DNA of 61,680 nucleotides, counting the filler, from Rhabdomonas costata (Eukaryota), in the NCBI GenBank assembly GCA_019059605.1. It is 16 parts of 16 records of this genome, joined end to end, with 100 filler letters (N's around TTAATTAATTAA, not from the genome) between each part and the next. Parts side by side here need not be neighbours in the genome. Positions count along the whole stretch, not along the records: positions 38,639 to 42,393 come from JAHMHO010000546.1; positions 42,494 to 46,245 come from JAHMHO010000547.1; positions 46,346 to 50,097 come from JAHMHO010000548.1; positions 50,198 to 53,965 come from JAHMHO010000549.1; 12 more parts are not named here. One strand, 5' to 3'. The position numbers were made by a program, and so were the translations under genes. The notes below the pieces were generated by a model. The model saw only the letters and a list, made by a program, of their open reading frames with translations. It did not search any database and had not been told where the DNA came from. This document shows positions 38,639-50,641 of the stretch, piece by piece (position 1 is the first letter of the stretch; every line of letters begins with the position of its first letter).

Positions 38639-39970
38639 TCCCGGTGCCCATTTTGGCAGGCGACAAAAAGTGGAGTGGCGTTAAATTTGTTTCCCAGGTT
38701 GACATCGGCCTTGTGCTGCAGAAGCAGATCCGCAGTACCCCGGTGCCCATTTTGGCAGGCGACAAAAAGAGGACTGGCACCGCTGCTATTCTGCTGGTTG
38801 ACGTCGGCCTCGTGTTGCAACAGCAGCTCCGCCGCGTCCCGGTGCCCATTTTGGGAAGCGACAAAAAGTGGACTAGTACCATCGTTCTTACACTGGTTGA
38901 TGTCGGCCTTGTGGTGCAGCAGCAGCTCCGCAGTATCCCGGTGGCCTTTTTCAGAGGCTGTGTAAAGCGGAGTAGTGTTATTGTTCATCCCCAGGTTGAC
39001 TTCAGCCTTGTGCTGCAGAAGCAGCTCCGCAGTATCTCGGTGCCCATTCTCGGAGGCGGCGAAAAGTGAGGTAACACCGTTGCGGAATCTCTGGTGGAGG
39101 TCGGCCTTGTGCTGCAGCAGAAGCTCCGCAGTATCCCGGTGCCCATTTTGGCAGGCGACGAAAAGTGAAGTAGCGCCAATGCTCATCTCCTGGTTGATGT
39201 CGGCCTTGTGCTGCAGCAGAAGCTCCGCAGTACTCGGGTGCCCACTTCCGGAAGCGGCGAAAAGTGGACTAGCACCATCGTTCTTCTTCCGATTGACGTC
39301 GGCCTTGTGTTGTAAGAGAAGCTCAGCAGTATTCCGGTGCCCATTCTGGGAGGCGACAAAAAGAGAAGTAGCACCATCGTTCTTACACTGGTTGATGTCG
39401 GCCTTGTGCTGCAGCAGAAGCTCCGCAGTATCCCGGTGGTTATGCTGGCAGGCAACAAAAAGTGGAGCAGCATTATTGTTGTTTCCGAGGTTGACGTTGG
39501 CCTTTTGCTGCAGTAGCAGCTCCGCAGTATCCCGGTGCCCATTTTGGCAGGCGACGAAAAGCGGAGCAGCGCCATTCATGTTCCGCTGGTTCACGTCGGC
39601 CTTGTGCTGCAAAAGAAGCTCCACGGTATCCCGGTGGCCATTTTGGGAGGCCGTGGAGAGTGGAGTAGCGCCATCGTTGAGCCCCTGGTTGACGTCGGCC
39701 TTGTGTTGCAGCAGCAGCTTAGCAGTATCGAGGTGGCGGTTTTCACACGCAAGGAAAAGAGGAGAGGCGCCATCGTTTTGCTTCTGGTTTATTCCCGCAC
39801 TGCGCCGAAGAAGCTCTGCTGCACTCGAAGTATGGCCGCATTGGGCTGCGACGCAAAGCGGAGTCTTACCTGTGGAATCCACGCTGTTCACCTCTGCTCC
39901 ATGGCTGCACAGGGCTGTCACGCACCCTACATACCCAAATCCCGCTGCAGTGTGAAGCAAGCTGTGCTCT
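38639..39970 (-). repeat. 99-bp tandem ankyrin-coding repeat array
   Basis: Units such as gtcggccttgtgctgcagcagaagctccgcagtatcccggtgcccattttgg recur every 99 nt. Confidence 0.95.
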
Positions 39971-42126
39971 CCTACGCGAAACTCCGCGCTGTTCAAGCTA
40001 GCATCCGTGTCAAAGGCCTCCAGAAGCTGAATCAGCATCCCCTCGTGGCCCGTCCGCACCGCCTTTTGCACCGCTTCCGCCTTGGATGCCTCCCTGCACC
40101 CCACACCCGCAGCCAAGTGCACGATGGCAGTACCGTTGCTCTGGAAGGGATCATTTAGCAGCTCGTAATAGCCCTCAACGCTGGTGCATGGCTCTATAAA
40201 CTTTGGGTTGCGGGGCAGCTCTTCCGCCGCCCTCGCTCCGGGCAGCTCGCGATAGAAAACCACCTTGACCTCCTCCATGGAGATGATGTCCACGTCGATA
40301 AGGTCGCACCCCATGTCCTCCTCCAGCAACGTCTTGATCCCCACGCTCGCCTTCCCGGAAACCCGGAACTGACTCCCGCAAGGCATCAGCACCTCCTCCT
40401 CGGCCGGAAACACGGAGAAGGGCGCAATGAGCCGCCCCGTACGACTGACCAGGGTGAAGATCGTGCCCGAGGGGGGCCCCACAACGCCACCCTTGCCCAG
40501 GAACGCCCGCACCACCTTCGCGGACTTCGAGGTGCTGCTTGGCTGAGGCACAAGACAGATTGCAAAATTGGGATGGTCAGGCTGGGATGAATTGGGGTGA
40601 GAGCCGCTGCGAGGTTACGGGTGGGGAGTGCTGTTACCATTGATATTGCCGTCAATGGAACAGAGGGGTAAGCAGGCAAGAATAAGGCGACAGATGAGCT
40701 GGGTAATTTCACGTTTAGCCATATCGGAAGAACGTTCCATCACAAGTCCACGAATACATACCTCCTTCTACCCTAAGTTTGAGTTTCTGCAATTGTTACC
40801 GACCGAACGAGATCCGCTTTCAGGCACTCACACATCTCCCCCGAGAGGGTTTTTCCCGTTTCCGGGGCTCCGCGGGAAGTCTGGAGCGGGCTCGAAGGGA
40901 TGGGAGACGCGTGCGGTCTCATCTGCTTTTGGGTGCGCGGAGGGGCAACCGCGGGAGTGTGCCAGACGTCCCCTTCCGCGAGATGGGTTGGTTGAGCCAT
41001 TTTGTAAGGGTGCTCAAAGGTGAAATCTTCTTTACCCGAAGCTCTCTCAACCCAGTTCCCATCGTAGAAGCTTTTCTCCCTGCCCTAGAAGATGTCACGG
41101 GCGATTGTTTCATATGCCAATATCTCTTTTGGTGCCTGTCTTGGACAGAACTCTGGGCAATGCAGAGCATATGCTACGGATGTCCGTTCAGCGAATGCAT
41201 GGGCACCTATTCCCGAACCTTCAGCAGGGTTTCTCAATGATTATGAAGTGTTACAGCTGTGAAAACCACCCCTATCATCCAAAACGTTAGGGTACTCACA
41301 AGGTTAATGAAACGAAGAGTTACCTCTTTGAAGCAGCAGAGCTATCCAGCTGAGGACCTGCTTCATTTCCGACGACATCTCCTCCCAAATCATAATGAGA
41401 ACATGTCAAGAGGATCGAGTGTTTTTTTTAAGGCTGTGCCCCAATAGAACCTTTTTCGACTGCTAAAGAAAGGCCATCCTCCACCATCCTCTTGTTATGC
41501 GCACGAATGGGTTGTTCTCCTTGAAACATCGCCAACACTGGTGCAGCGATGCTAAGGGTCATCCAAGGGTAGAATCCATGCTCTTCAGCCCTCAAAAAGC
41601 CAGAGCGAATGGAAAAACGCCTTATCGGCACTTTGGTAGCCTCCCAGAGGCCCGTAACATAATGAGATTTGGTTTTTTGTAACCACTCCCAATGGAAGTT
41701 GGGGGGGGGGTTGTTACGGTTACCACCGGTGACAAAAATATGCCAGCAACCTCCAAAAACACTTTATTGTTGTGCAGGGGGTTTGGGAAAACTTTGTTAG
41801 CAGCTGAAAAGTGCACCTCGTTTTAGGGATTACGAGGTAGGGGGCTGAAAAGGGAACAGTGCGTCACTAACACCACAGAACCATTTCATTAACAGTGAGG
41901 CCCACAGCACTCCCAATCTCACCTGATTCCAAGTCACCACAGAGCCCACCCGAAAGGAGCTCGACGGGAGCTTGAAGTCCACCGCGCGGTATACCATCCC
42001 CCGGTACTTCGGTAGGCTTTGCAGCTCCTCGTGCAGCAGCTTCGCGAAGGGCTTCCACGGCTCAAACGCTGCCGACCCGCCCTCCGTCCCGTACTCTCGG
42101 CTGCTCAGGTTCAGCAGCGGAAACAA
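38639..42126 (-). CDS. R-S-E type mono-ADP-ribosyltransferase fused to at least 14 ankyrin repeats; partial
   Basis: Exon 42126-41923 (LFPLLN...LQSLPKYRGMVYRAV...GSVVTWNQ) splices in phase 0 to 40542 (PSSTS...GTIF...FSVFPAEEEVL....FRV), giving catalytic R, STS and ExE. This is followed by 33-aa repeats xxPLFVACQNGHRDTAELLLQHKADVN. Confidence 0.9.
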
Positions 42127-43020
42127 CTGCACGCAGCAGCAGTACCAACCAACGGAAAGGGTACTCGCATGACCACCCACCCACATACCAACTGCGTGGA
42201 TATGGCTGCGGTGACTTGCGCTTCTCTTCCTTCTTGGGCTCCCCATCCTTGATCGACGCAATTTATATGTTGGGAGGTGTTATACGTTTAACACTGCTAA
42301 ACTGTCCTAAACTTCCTGAGCCCCTTAATTTAAATTATGGGGCTCAGGAAGTTTAGGACAGTTTAGCAGTGTTAAACGTATAACACCCCCACCNNNNNNN
42401 NNNNNNNNNNNNNNNNNNNNNNNNNNNNNNNNNNNNNTTAATTAATTAANNNNNNNNNNNNNNNNNNNNNNNNNNNNNNNNNNNNNNNNNNNNGGGTGGG
42501 GTGACCTGGAAAAAGAGCTAGAGGTTTGCTGACCACTGACTTGACAGGTTGGGATGCGTGGCTGGGTTGAAGTCGAGGTTCAGAGTTGGTCTGATGTGTG
42601 TTAAGAGACTTCTTGGTTCTTCTGTGCAGGCATTGATTGAAACCAGTCTGTTCCTCTGCCGTAGGGAGCATTGCCGAACTTTCTGCTTTTGTGCTGGTGC
42701 TGATCATCTGCTCTTTTGGACCCTGCGGCTGTCACGGAAATCTGCAGAGGCGAAAGTTCTTTGTAAATAGGGAATTATTCACTCCTCATTTCTGATCATT
42801 TCTGAGTCGAAGTCAAGGTGGCTTGAAATGGAAAGCTGGATGCCTGGGCACTTAAGCTACCTTGCAGGGAGCATGTGTTGAATATTTAGGTGGTGGGTCG
42901 CAATATTTCGCCATACCAATCAACAGAAGCGATTGACTGGGTTTGTTGTCTGTTTTCGACGAAGTTCGATTATTCATTTTTCCCTTTTTGTACTTTTACG
43001 ACCCATATAAGGACAAACAT

Positions 43021-44776
43021 ATGGTCACACGGCCCCCAGAGGATTCCGACCTGGTCCCGCGGATGCAGACATGGGACTTCAAACCCACACAGCGGCCTAC
43101 TAGTCGCGTGATTCTGCCGAAGACTCACTCCCACCAAAGGCAGCCCAAGGCGCAGCCTCCGCCACGAACAAGGCGCGTTCTCCCGGCGGTGGAGTCTTCA
43201 ACAGAGCAAGGCACAAAACGGCCCAGTAGCGCGCCGCCTCCGGCGCTGGCCTCTCTGCCCCAAGCTGAGGCTTTGGAGCCCAGAGGTTCCACTTCCTTTC
43301 ATTGAATGTAGATGTCTTTTGTCCTCATTAGCGTGGATTCCATTGAGCACCAATGACTTGGCTTTCTTTCCCTTCGCCATTATCCAGTGAACAGTGGACA
43401 TTTTGCCACACTGCGATTGCTGTTGTGCACCTTAAGTAAAATTTATTGTCTGGCATCGATTTTCGGGCACAAGTTTTGAATGATGCGTACAATTTGGTTT
43501 ATTCATCACTGACTGTTCCCACTGACTGTTTCGAATTCTCGAAGTCTGGAATAATGGTTGGAAGGGCACTTCCCTGGAACTCTGCGGAGGATAGTTTCAC
43601 GACGACATCCCGCGGCTTGGCCCTGTGTTGCATTCGTCATCCGGTTCATAATTATCCCTCACTTTTGCGCAGCGTGTTTCCTCTTTCTCTCCTTGTCCTT
43701 CAGAAGCCACGCCGGCTCTTCTTCCGGCAGTCTCTTCTTCCGCAGTACCTTCCGCACCTCAGGCCGCCCCGCAGGTCATTGCCAGCAGTGGGGTTCCGTC
43801 CAGCACTGCCGCAGTGCCCAGCGGGCGGCCCTGCTCTGCGCCTGTGCGCCCCACCCGGCGAAGCGTTCAGGTGCCTTTGCAATCCCGCAGCAAGATTCTT
43901 TTTGCCTTCTTTCTGGCATTTCAGCGCAGTTTAAGATACTCCAGAGTCAATCTCCGAATCTTGGGACAGGTAGTGTTTTATCCCGCTGGCACAGTTGCCT
44001 GACTTATATCCATCAGGCGCCAAAAATGTGGACTTATTATGCTTATTAGGCTAAGAGGGTTTGCGTGTTTCCCTGTTTCTGCGCACCTCTCCGTGGGCAG
44101 GAAATCTTGACCTTTCCCACGGGGAGCACTCATTTGTCGACGACCCTTGCTCTTATCGCTTTCTTTTGGGCTTCGCTCCAAGGGAAAGCATGCTGGCGTC
44201 GCCATGGCGCTGGACATGGCCTCCTCGCTGGCTGCGGACTTGCAATGGTCCTTGCACAGATACATGCAGATTCTTGCATGCTCACGCACATACCAGCGCT
44301 TCCTCCCCACCTCTTACCATAATTTCGGCAGAGTGAGTAAAAGACAAAGGCGGGAGTTTTCCTGGGTCCGGTATTGTGAGAAATCGGAGGCTTTCTGCTG
44401 AATTGCCAATGATTCCGTGAACTTCCCTGTTTTTTTGTTGCTGTCCTTGAAACGCATTTCGCAACGTAACTGTTTGCTTCTCCCAGCCTAGTTGAGTTCC
44501 CGCTTGTAGCCCTTGTTTCTCACCGGAACAATATTCTATCAATGTTTTCCCGAGTGTTGTTTCGGGGTCCTCTGCTGGGGCCAGCTTTCACTCCCATGGG
44601 AGCCGTGCTCTGGCCGAAGCGACGAGCATGGAGGCCCGGAGGACTTCCCCGTTCACGGCCTGTGTGCAGTGGCTCTTTGCGCAGGCCTGCTTTTGGCGGA
44701 CTTTTTGGACATGGCATCAGGGGGTGTAACAAGAAGTTTTTCATGTCGTGAGGGATTCCGCCCCACGCATCTCTAG
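43021..44776 (+). CDS. Complete 4-exon hypothetical protein (~257 aa, Pro/Ser/Ala-rich)
   Basis: Exons 43021-43285, 43704-43870, 44183-44332 and 44585-44776 are all GT-AG bounded and phase-consistent from ATG to TAG. Confidence 0.5.
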
Positions 44777-45145
44777 TGTAGGGACCAAGCGCCGCACCCT
44801 CACCCTTCAGCGTCCAAACTTGACCCGAACATCCTGGATCGTCGAAAGAATTTTTCTCCCCTACCCTTCTGTCTGAAAGAATGCCATAATCCCGCCACCG
44901 CTCTCATCCTGCGAACGTATGCATATGTTAGAAGCCCCCTCCTTGGTCAATGCGTTCGTGTCGTTTAAGCCAGCAGTCACCTTCAACTCAACTGCAATAG
45001 CTGCAATTTCACCTTTGACGCAGATTGAATATCAACCCTCCGTGGCTGCTGATCGGCCCTGTTACGTTTTACAGAACGCTTCGGAACCTTCATTCTTTCC
45101 ACGCTCTTTTGCCGCGCCCTTTCTTTTTCACTCGCTCTGAGAAAA

Positions 45146-45544
45146 ATGGCCAAACTTCTTCTGAAGGGTGGCCTCGTAGTCAATGAAGATGGCTCCGAGG
45201 TGGCCGATGTGTACTGCGAGGGAGGCCTCATCGCTCAGATCGGAGAGGAGCTGGAGGCCCCTCCCGGCGCCACCGTGATCGACGTCAGCGGGAAGCTTGT
45301 GCTTCCCGGGGGGATCGACCCACACACCCACATGCGGATGCCCTTCATGGGAACCGTGACGGTGGATGACTTCTACACGGGCACCCGGGCCGCGGTGGCC
45401 GGGGGGACCACCACCATTGTAGACTTTGTGATCCCCAACCCCGGGGAGAGCCTCGTGGAGGCCTTCGCGAAGTGGCAGGAGTGGGCCTCAGTCGCCGTGT
45501 GTGACTTCGCATTCCATGTCGCGGTGACGTGGTGGAGCGAGCAG
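45146..45544 (+). CDS. DPYS: Dihydropyrimidinase (amidohydrolase), first exon
   Basis: LLLKGGLVVN...ADVYCEGG.I..IG...VIDVSGKLVLPGGIDPHTH..MPFMG...DDFYTGTRAAVAGGTTTIVDF...CDFAFHVAVTWW, with a GT donor at 45545. Confidence 0.93.
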
Positions 45545-46849
45545 GTGGGCATTGTGTGTCCCGCTCGGGCGCTCGACATCCGCGTGCTTGCCGCCCCCCA
45601 CTCCCATTATCGGAAGGAGTGGGCCGATACCTTCTACCAGAGCGACATTGCCCATTAAACCTCAGAGATGACACCATAAGAGATGGCACTACCCCACTCT
45701 TCTCCTTTCTGTGCTGCTGTTGTCTCTACCGTTTTTTAAACACTCCTGCCTCCCGCTTGTCTTATTGGTGACACTGTAATTCCGAATAAGAGGAACGTCT
45801 CGGATCTGGAGGTTCCCGTTTTTGCCAGTATTGTTTGCATGTGATTTGTTTGTGTCTGCATGAGATGAATCACCACCCCCTCCCCTCCCGATTTCTTGAA
45901 GCTGTTGAATCTTTTTCTGCAAGATAAGCATGTTTCTCCGCTTCCGCCACGTGCGCCTGAAGGCTATCCGACGTAGCGTGCACTACGTTCTGCTTTTTTG
46001 ACTGCTTGGTTGCTCGGTGGCTTTAAACGTCAGTTTTTGGTTTTTTAAAGGAATCGCGCGATGGAAAGAGTATGCTTTTGCTGGTACCTGGTACTTTCGC
46101 CATGCCCATCAAAGCCGAGCTCGGGGGAAAGTCATTCAAGAACGCTGCCGCAGGATGACCACAGAGCCACTTTTTGCGGTTTGCCGGAGAAACATGCTTA
46201 TCTTGCAGAAAAAGATTCAACACCCAACCAAACACACCTAACATANNNNNNNNNNNNNNNNNNNNNNNNNNNNNNNNNNNNNNNNNNNNTTAATTAATTA
46301 ANNNNNNNNNNNNNNNNNNNNNNNNNNNNNNNNNNNNNNNNNNNNTGTGGTGTTGGATTACACTGATGCACCCACGTGCGCGTTGTCACACAACTGTCAG
46401 TGAGTGTGCGAGGTGAATGTTGGTTTGGATCATATGGTGTTGATTCAGCTTCGGAACCACAGGCAGCTCATTGTGTTTCAGATCAGCAACCAGAGAAGTG
46501 ATCTACCCCGAAGCCTACGTCACACGGCAGTTGGACTTAAGGCATCGCTGCATCTTCCATTTCGGCAGCTCCGGAATTGTAAAATGCTTCTCCTTGCATA
46601 TCACAGAGTGCCATTTCAAGCAATTTTAGTGTTTCCGCCTCTGCGGTAGTACGGCCCAGATCAATGGAGGAGCAGCTTTCCCACATGTACGGCCTCCGCA
46701 GTCTGGAATGTGGAAACTTCTGATTTTTACAGGCGTGCGCTGCTCGCCGCCGACATGGAAATTAAGATGTCTGCGCGCAAAGACGTTCAATCTTGATCCA
46801 CAGGCATGCGGCCATTCAGTTCATACAGCTGCAATTCCCCAACAGGTGC

Positions 46850-47440
46850 TCAAGATCAATGAGGAGTACAAATATTTCTTTCCAGAAAATCTGCCACCAT
46901 GGCTACTCGTCCTAAAGATCATTGCATTGACTTCACAGAGAAGTTTCGTATAACAGATCCACGCATGTGCAGATTGGCCCCCAGCAAATATGCCTGGTTA
47001 CAGCGTCAGATAAAGGACTCTCTGGACCATCAGTACATCAAGTAAGTCGCGTTTACATACGGCTCCGGGATCCTTTTCGTCCCGAAAGCAAACGTGAAGC
47101 TGCGGATTGTTGTGGACTACAGACCCATCAACAAGCTGATACTGGTGTACAAGTACACCATTCCGCGCATAGACGAGATGTTTGATAAAGTTGGAGAACG
47201 CTGATTTTACAAGTTTGACCTGCACTCCGGATTCCACAAGATCCTGGTCCACATAGACGTGGAGTGCACAGCCTTTAAAACGAAGTACGGCACCTTCTTC
47301 TACCATGAACTTCATTTTCCAAAAGATGAAAAGTTTGCAGGAGCCTACATCGACGACATCTTGGTATACACCAAGACTCTGGAGGAGCATTGAGGCAGAC
47401 AGCTTCGTGAGGAGCGCTTTTTTTTGACACGATAAGTACA
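46850..47440 (+). mobile_element. Decayed Ty3/Gypsy reverse transcriptase
   Basis: FPENLPP...ILFVPKA..KLRIVVDYRPINK....YTIPRIDEMFD...KFDLHSGFHKI...TAFKTKYG...YIDDILVY, with frameshifts and stops. Confidence 0.85.
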
Positions 47441-49469
47441 TATCTTATGCTCTGTGCTCAACACCTATAGGTACGCCTTAGAGTCTGGGGTTTGGTGGGT
47501 CGAGTTGTATGATCACGCCGCAAGTTGGTCAATGTTGCATAACCACATCTACAACATTGTGTGTGGGGGATAATTACAGAACGGATAGTAGGCCTTGAGG
47601 TACTACCGCAAACACGCACAGCACGTGTAGCCATTGCTTAAGTAGTGGTTTCACACCCACCATGGTAGCGTGTGGTCAGGTAGAAGCTGAGGCTGTCGTG
47701 GTAAAATTGGCAACCATAGCAGTAGTATGGTACAACAGTGTGGTAGGACGCCATTGACACCACAACGTGGGTATGTGGCATGACAAAGCTATGGTGGTTT
47801 GCCATATTAGTAGTAGTATACACGTGTTGATATCATGGTGTTTGGTAATCGCGTAGGTCATCGCATAGAGGGTGATGGTCACACTTTGCCCCTCTGCGTG
47901 TGATGCCAACATTAGGGTAAGGTCAACCATAGTGTCTGTACTCGTTGTGGTTGGCACACGTGTCACAACCTCGTAAGCTCTCATGCTGTTTGTGCCGATC
48001 CTGTGTTGTGGGCCAGGGCATGATGTCATCGGCGTAACAACACTAAAAGCCCATGCACCAGAGGTGTTGGTGTTGTACCGAGGTATAGCCTTGCCGTCAT
48101 TACCATCTGCATAGGTGGTGGTATAGCAGCCACGTCAACTCTATGCGTAGTGGTGGTAATGATGTGGTGAATCGAACCCTGTGTTATGTTTCGAGTCATC
48201 GCCTCCGTATCACGCAGTGTGAGTCAATTGTGGTGGTTTTGCATATGGCAGGAAGCTTTGCATACATGCATCCACCCATGTTCCCTTGTTAATATTGTTC
48301 ATAGTGTAGGTGTGTGTCTAGTGGAGCTGTGTGCTGATGTTGACGTGGATGCCAAAGGTGGATTATTTCAGCATCCTGTTATTGGGGCCATCCATCTAGT
48401 GGAGTGGAAGGCCTTCTCACCCAGTGATACGCGGTGACGACAAGGAAGTACGCCCAAGCACCCAAGTCACCAAGCCGTGATCCTGTGTCATGTGATGCCT
48501 CTGGTTAGGTGTGCTTCCTCTGTGGTTGCGGTGGTACGCAGAGATGCCTATATACTATGGGTATATGGTGAGGTTTCCTCCTCTTCCTCTTCCTGCGTAT
48601 TGTTTGTTGGTGCGTAGAATGACCACCACCTGCAGATGGTCTATGTAGTGACGTTGAGAGCATAGCGTAAAGATTTCATCAACCATCATCACTAAACCCA
48701 GTGGAGAGGAATGCGCTTAACGGAAGGCGCCGAGCTCGACCATCACGTTACAGCGTGAAAGGAACCCAGGTGAAATCACCGAACCACTGAGTGTTTAAGT
48801 AGATGGAGTAAAGTCAACCCTTCTACATCCAACCCACCATGACCAATGTGTGAGGTGAGGTGAATGTTGTAATGCTGAACTCACCACTCATTTGGACCCA
48901 CCAGTAAGACCAATTCCTCCTATTCAGTTGTCATCCTTCCTGCGCATGAGTGGCGATGATATAATCACACCCTACGCATGATGATGAATTTTGTATGTCG
49001 TATTCCTACATCTATGTAAGGGTGTAAGTGGTATGCTTCCATGCCGTGTGCTGTCACACGTTACGCTTCATCTACTGACGTTTCGTCGCTACGCTTGAAA
49101 TGTGGGTCACTTCGCTCCCAGATGCGCGGTACGCTCGTTACAACTCACTACGTCATCACTCACTCGACTCGTTCGCACTACCTCTACTGTTTTCAAGATT
49201 GTCATCTCCTGCGTCATAATGCTCACTGTGACTACTCTCGGACGGAGTGGGTGAAGGCACCTTAGTGTGGCAAAGAGACACGTGTAGCTGATGGTGTGTG
49301 AGCTAAGCACCTTAGTGTGTTGAAGCAAACCAATGTGACTGTTGAGCGTAAGCATATTACGGTTGTGAAGCAAACCAAGAGGAGCGACAGAAATGGAGAG
49401 ACGATGAAGATACAATGAACTTAAATTCGCATGTCATGTCAAACTCGCTTCTTGAACTCAGAACTCGTG

Positions 49470-49990
49470 ATGACGTCGTCGCTCACGGATACGCTGTACG
49501 CTCCTATATCAAGAGTGACCCAGTGGAAACTTTGTTTTGGTGGGATGTGGTTTGTTACCACGTGTTGCCGAAAAATTCTTAAGCTTCAGAGACGCGAGTG
49601 AGGGGCTTCATATATTTTGGAAAGAGCTGTCGAGTTTCTTGGATGTGAACTTGAGAAGACCTTCGCCGTATCACACCAATACAAGTGGAAAAGCGGAGAG
49701 GACTAATCAGACTATGAAGCAAGTTTTCAGGAATTTGATTGTTTCACACACATGGAAGTGGTGACAAGAGCTTGTAGTGTTGGCTGAAATCGCGATTAAC
49801 AGTGCGACGATTGCTAACACGGAGTACACTCCGTTTACATGACGTGCTTGTATCAACCAACCGTCGAAAGGTGCCCGGAGAAATCCAGTGAAGCTCCAGA
49901 TAAAGAAGGTGAAGTACGAGTTGTAGCAGGTGCGTAGAGCGGAATACAAGTTTGTTGTATGGAAGGAAATGCTCATCAACACAAAGAAGC
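49470..49990 (+). mobile_element. Decayed Ty3/Gypsy integrase
   Basis: FWKELSSFL.V.LRRPSPYHTNTSGKAERTNQTMKQVFR...W...V.LAEIAINS......TPF. Confidence 0.8.
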
Positions 49991-50197
49991 ATCCCAATTG
50001 GAGGTATGGTGATCCAGTAGTTCAGTTGGGATGCTTCTTTGTGTTGATGAGCATTTCCTTCCATACAACAAACTTGTATTCCGCTCTACACACCACCNNN
50101 NNNNNNNNNNNNNNNNNNNNNNNNNNNNNNNNNNNNNNNNNTTAATTAATTAANNNNNNNNNNNNNNNNNNNNNNNNNNNNNNNNNNNNNNNNNNNN

Positions 50198-50324
50198 CGA
50201 GAGGCGCAGCGATACTTTGGGCGAAGAAAGGGGGGTCGAGCAGCGGAATATCCGGTTGGTCCTGATTTGGGACACTTGAATCGCCCATTTACTCCCTCTG
50301 AGACACACTTCAGGCCAGTTCCAC
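50198..50324 (+). repeat. 127-bp exact terminal redundancy of the contig (same as 53839-53965)
   Basis: The first 127 nt of contig 50198-53965 are identical to its last 127 nt. Confidence 0.95.
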
Positions 50325-50641
50325 TTAGCATCTCCAAAGGCCTCACCCCGCTGCTGCTCACTGGGAGACGAAGGCAGCTCTATGGCGCCCCCAAGATCCC
50401 AGTTTAGCGGACACACCTCACTGGGAGTGTTGCACCTGGTGACAGATCCCAGGCCACTTCTGACTAGAACTGAGTGAGCTCCAAACGTGAAGGGCAGAGC
50501 GAGCCCTGCGCCCTTTTGAATTGTCACACGGAGGCATTGCAGTTTCCGACTCGGTTGACATCAAGCAGTGTGTGTTACGTGTGTGCGTGCGTGTGCGTGT
50601 GCGTGTGGCAACAGCGGGGGTGGGGTGGGTGGGGGGCATAC

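Noticed and set aside
38975-39955. 326-aa Cys-rich repeat ORF on the plus strand
   Set aside because: Antisense of the ankyrin array.
29065-42126. ADP-ribosylation writer (ART) and eraser (PARG-like) as a linked system
   Set aside because: They are on different, arbitrarily concatenated contigs.
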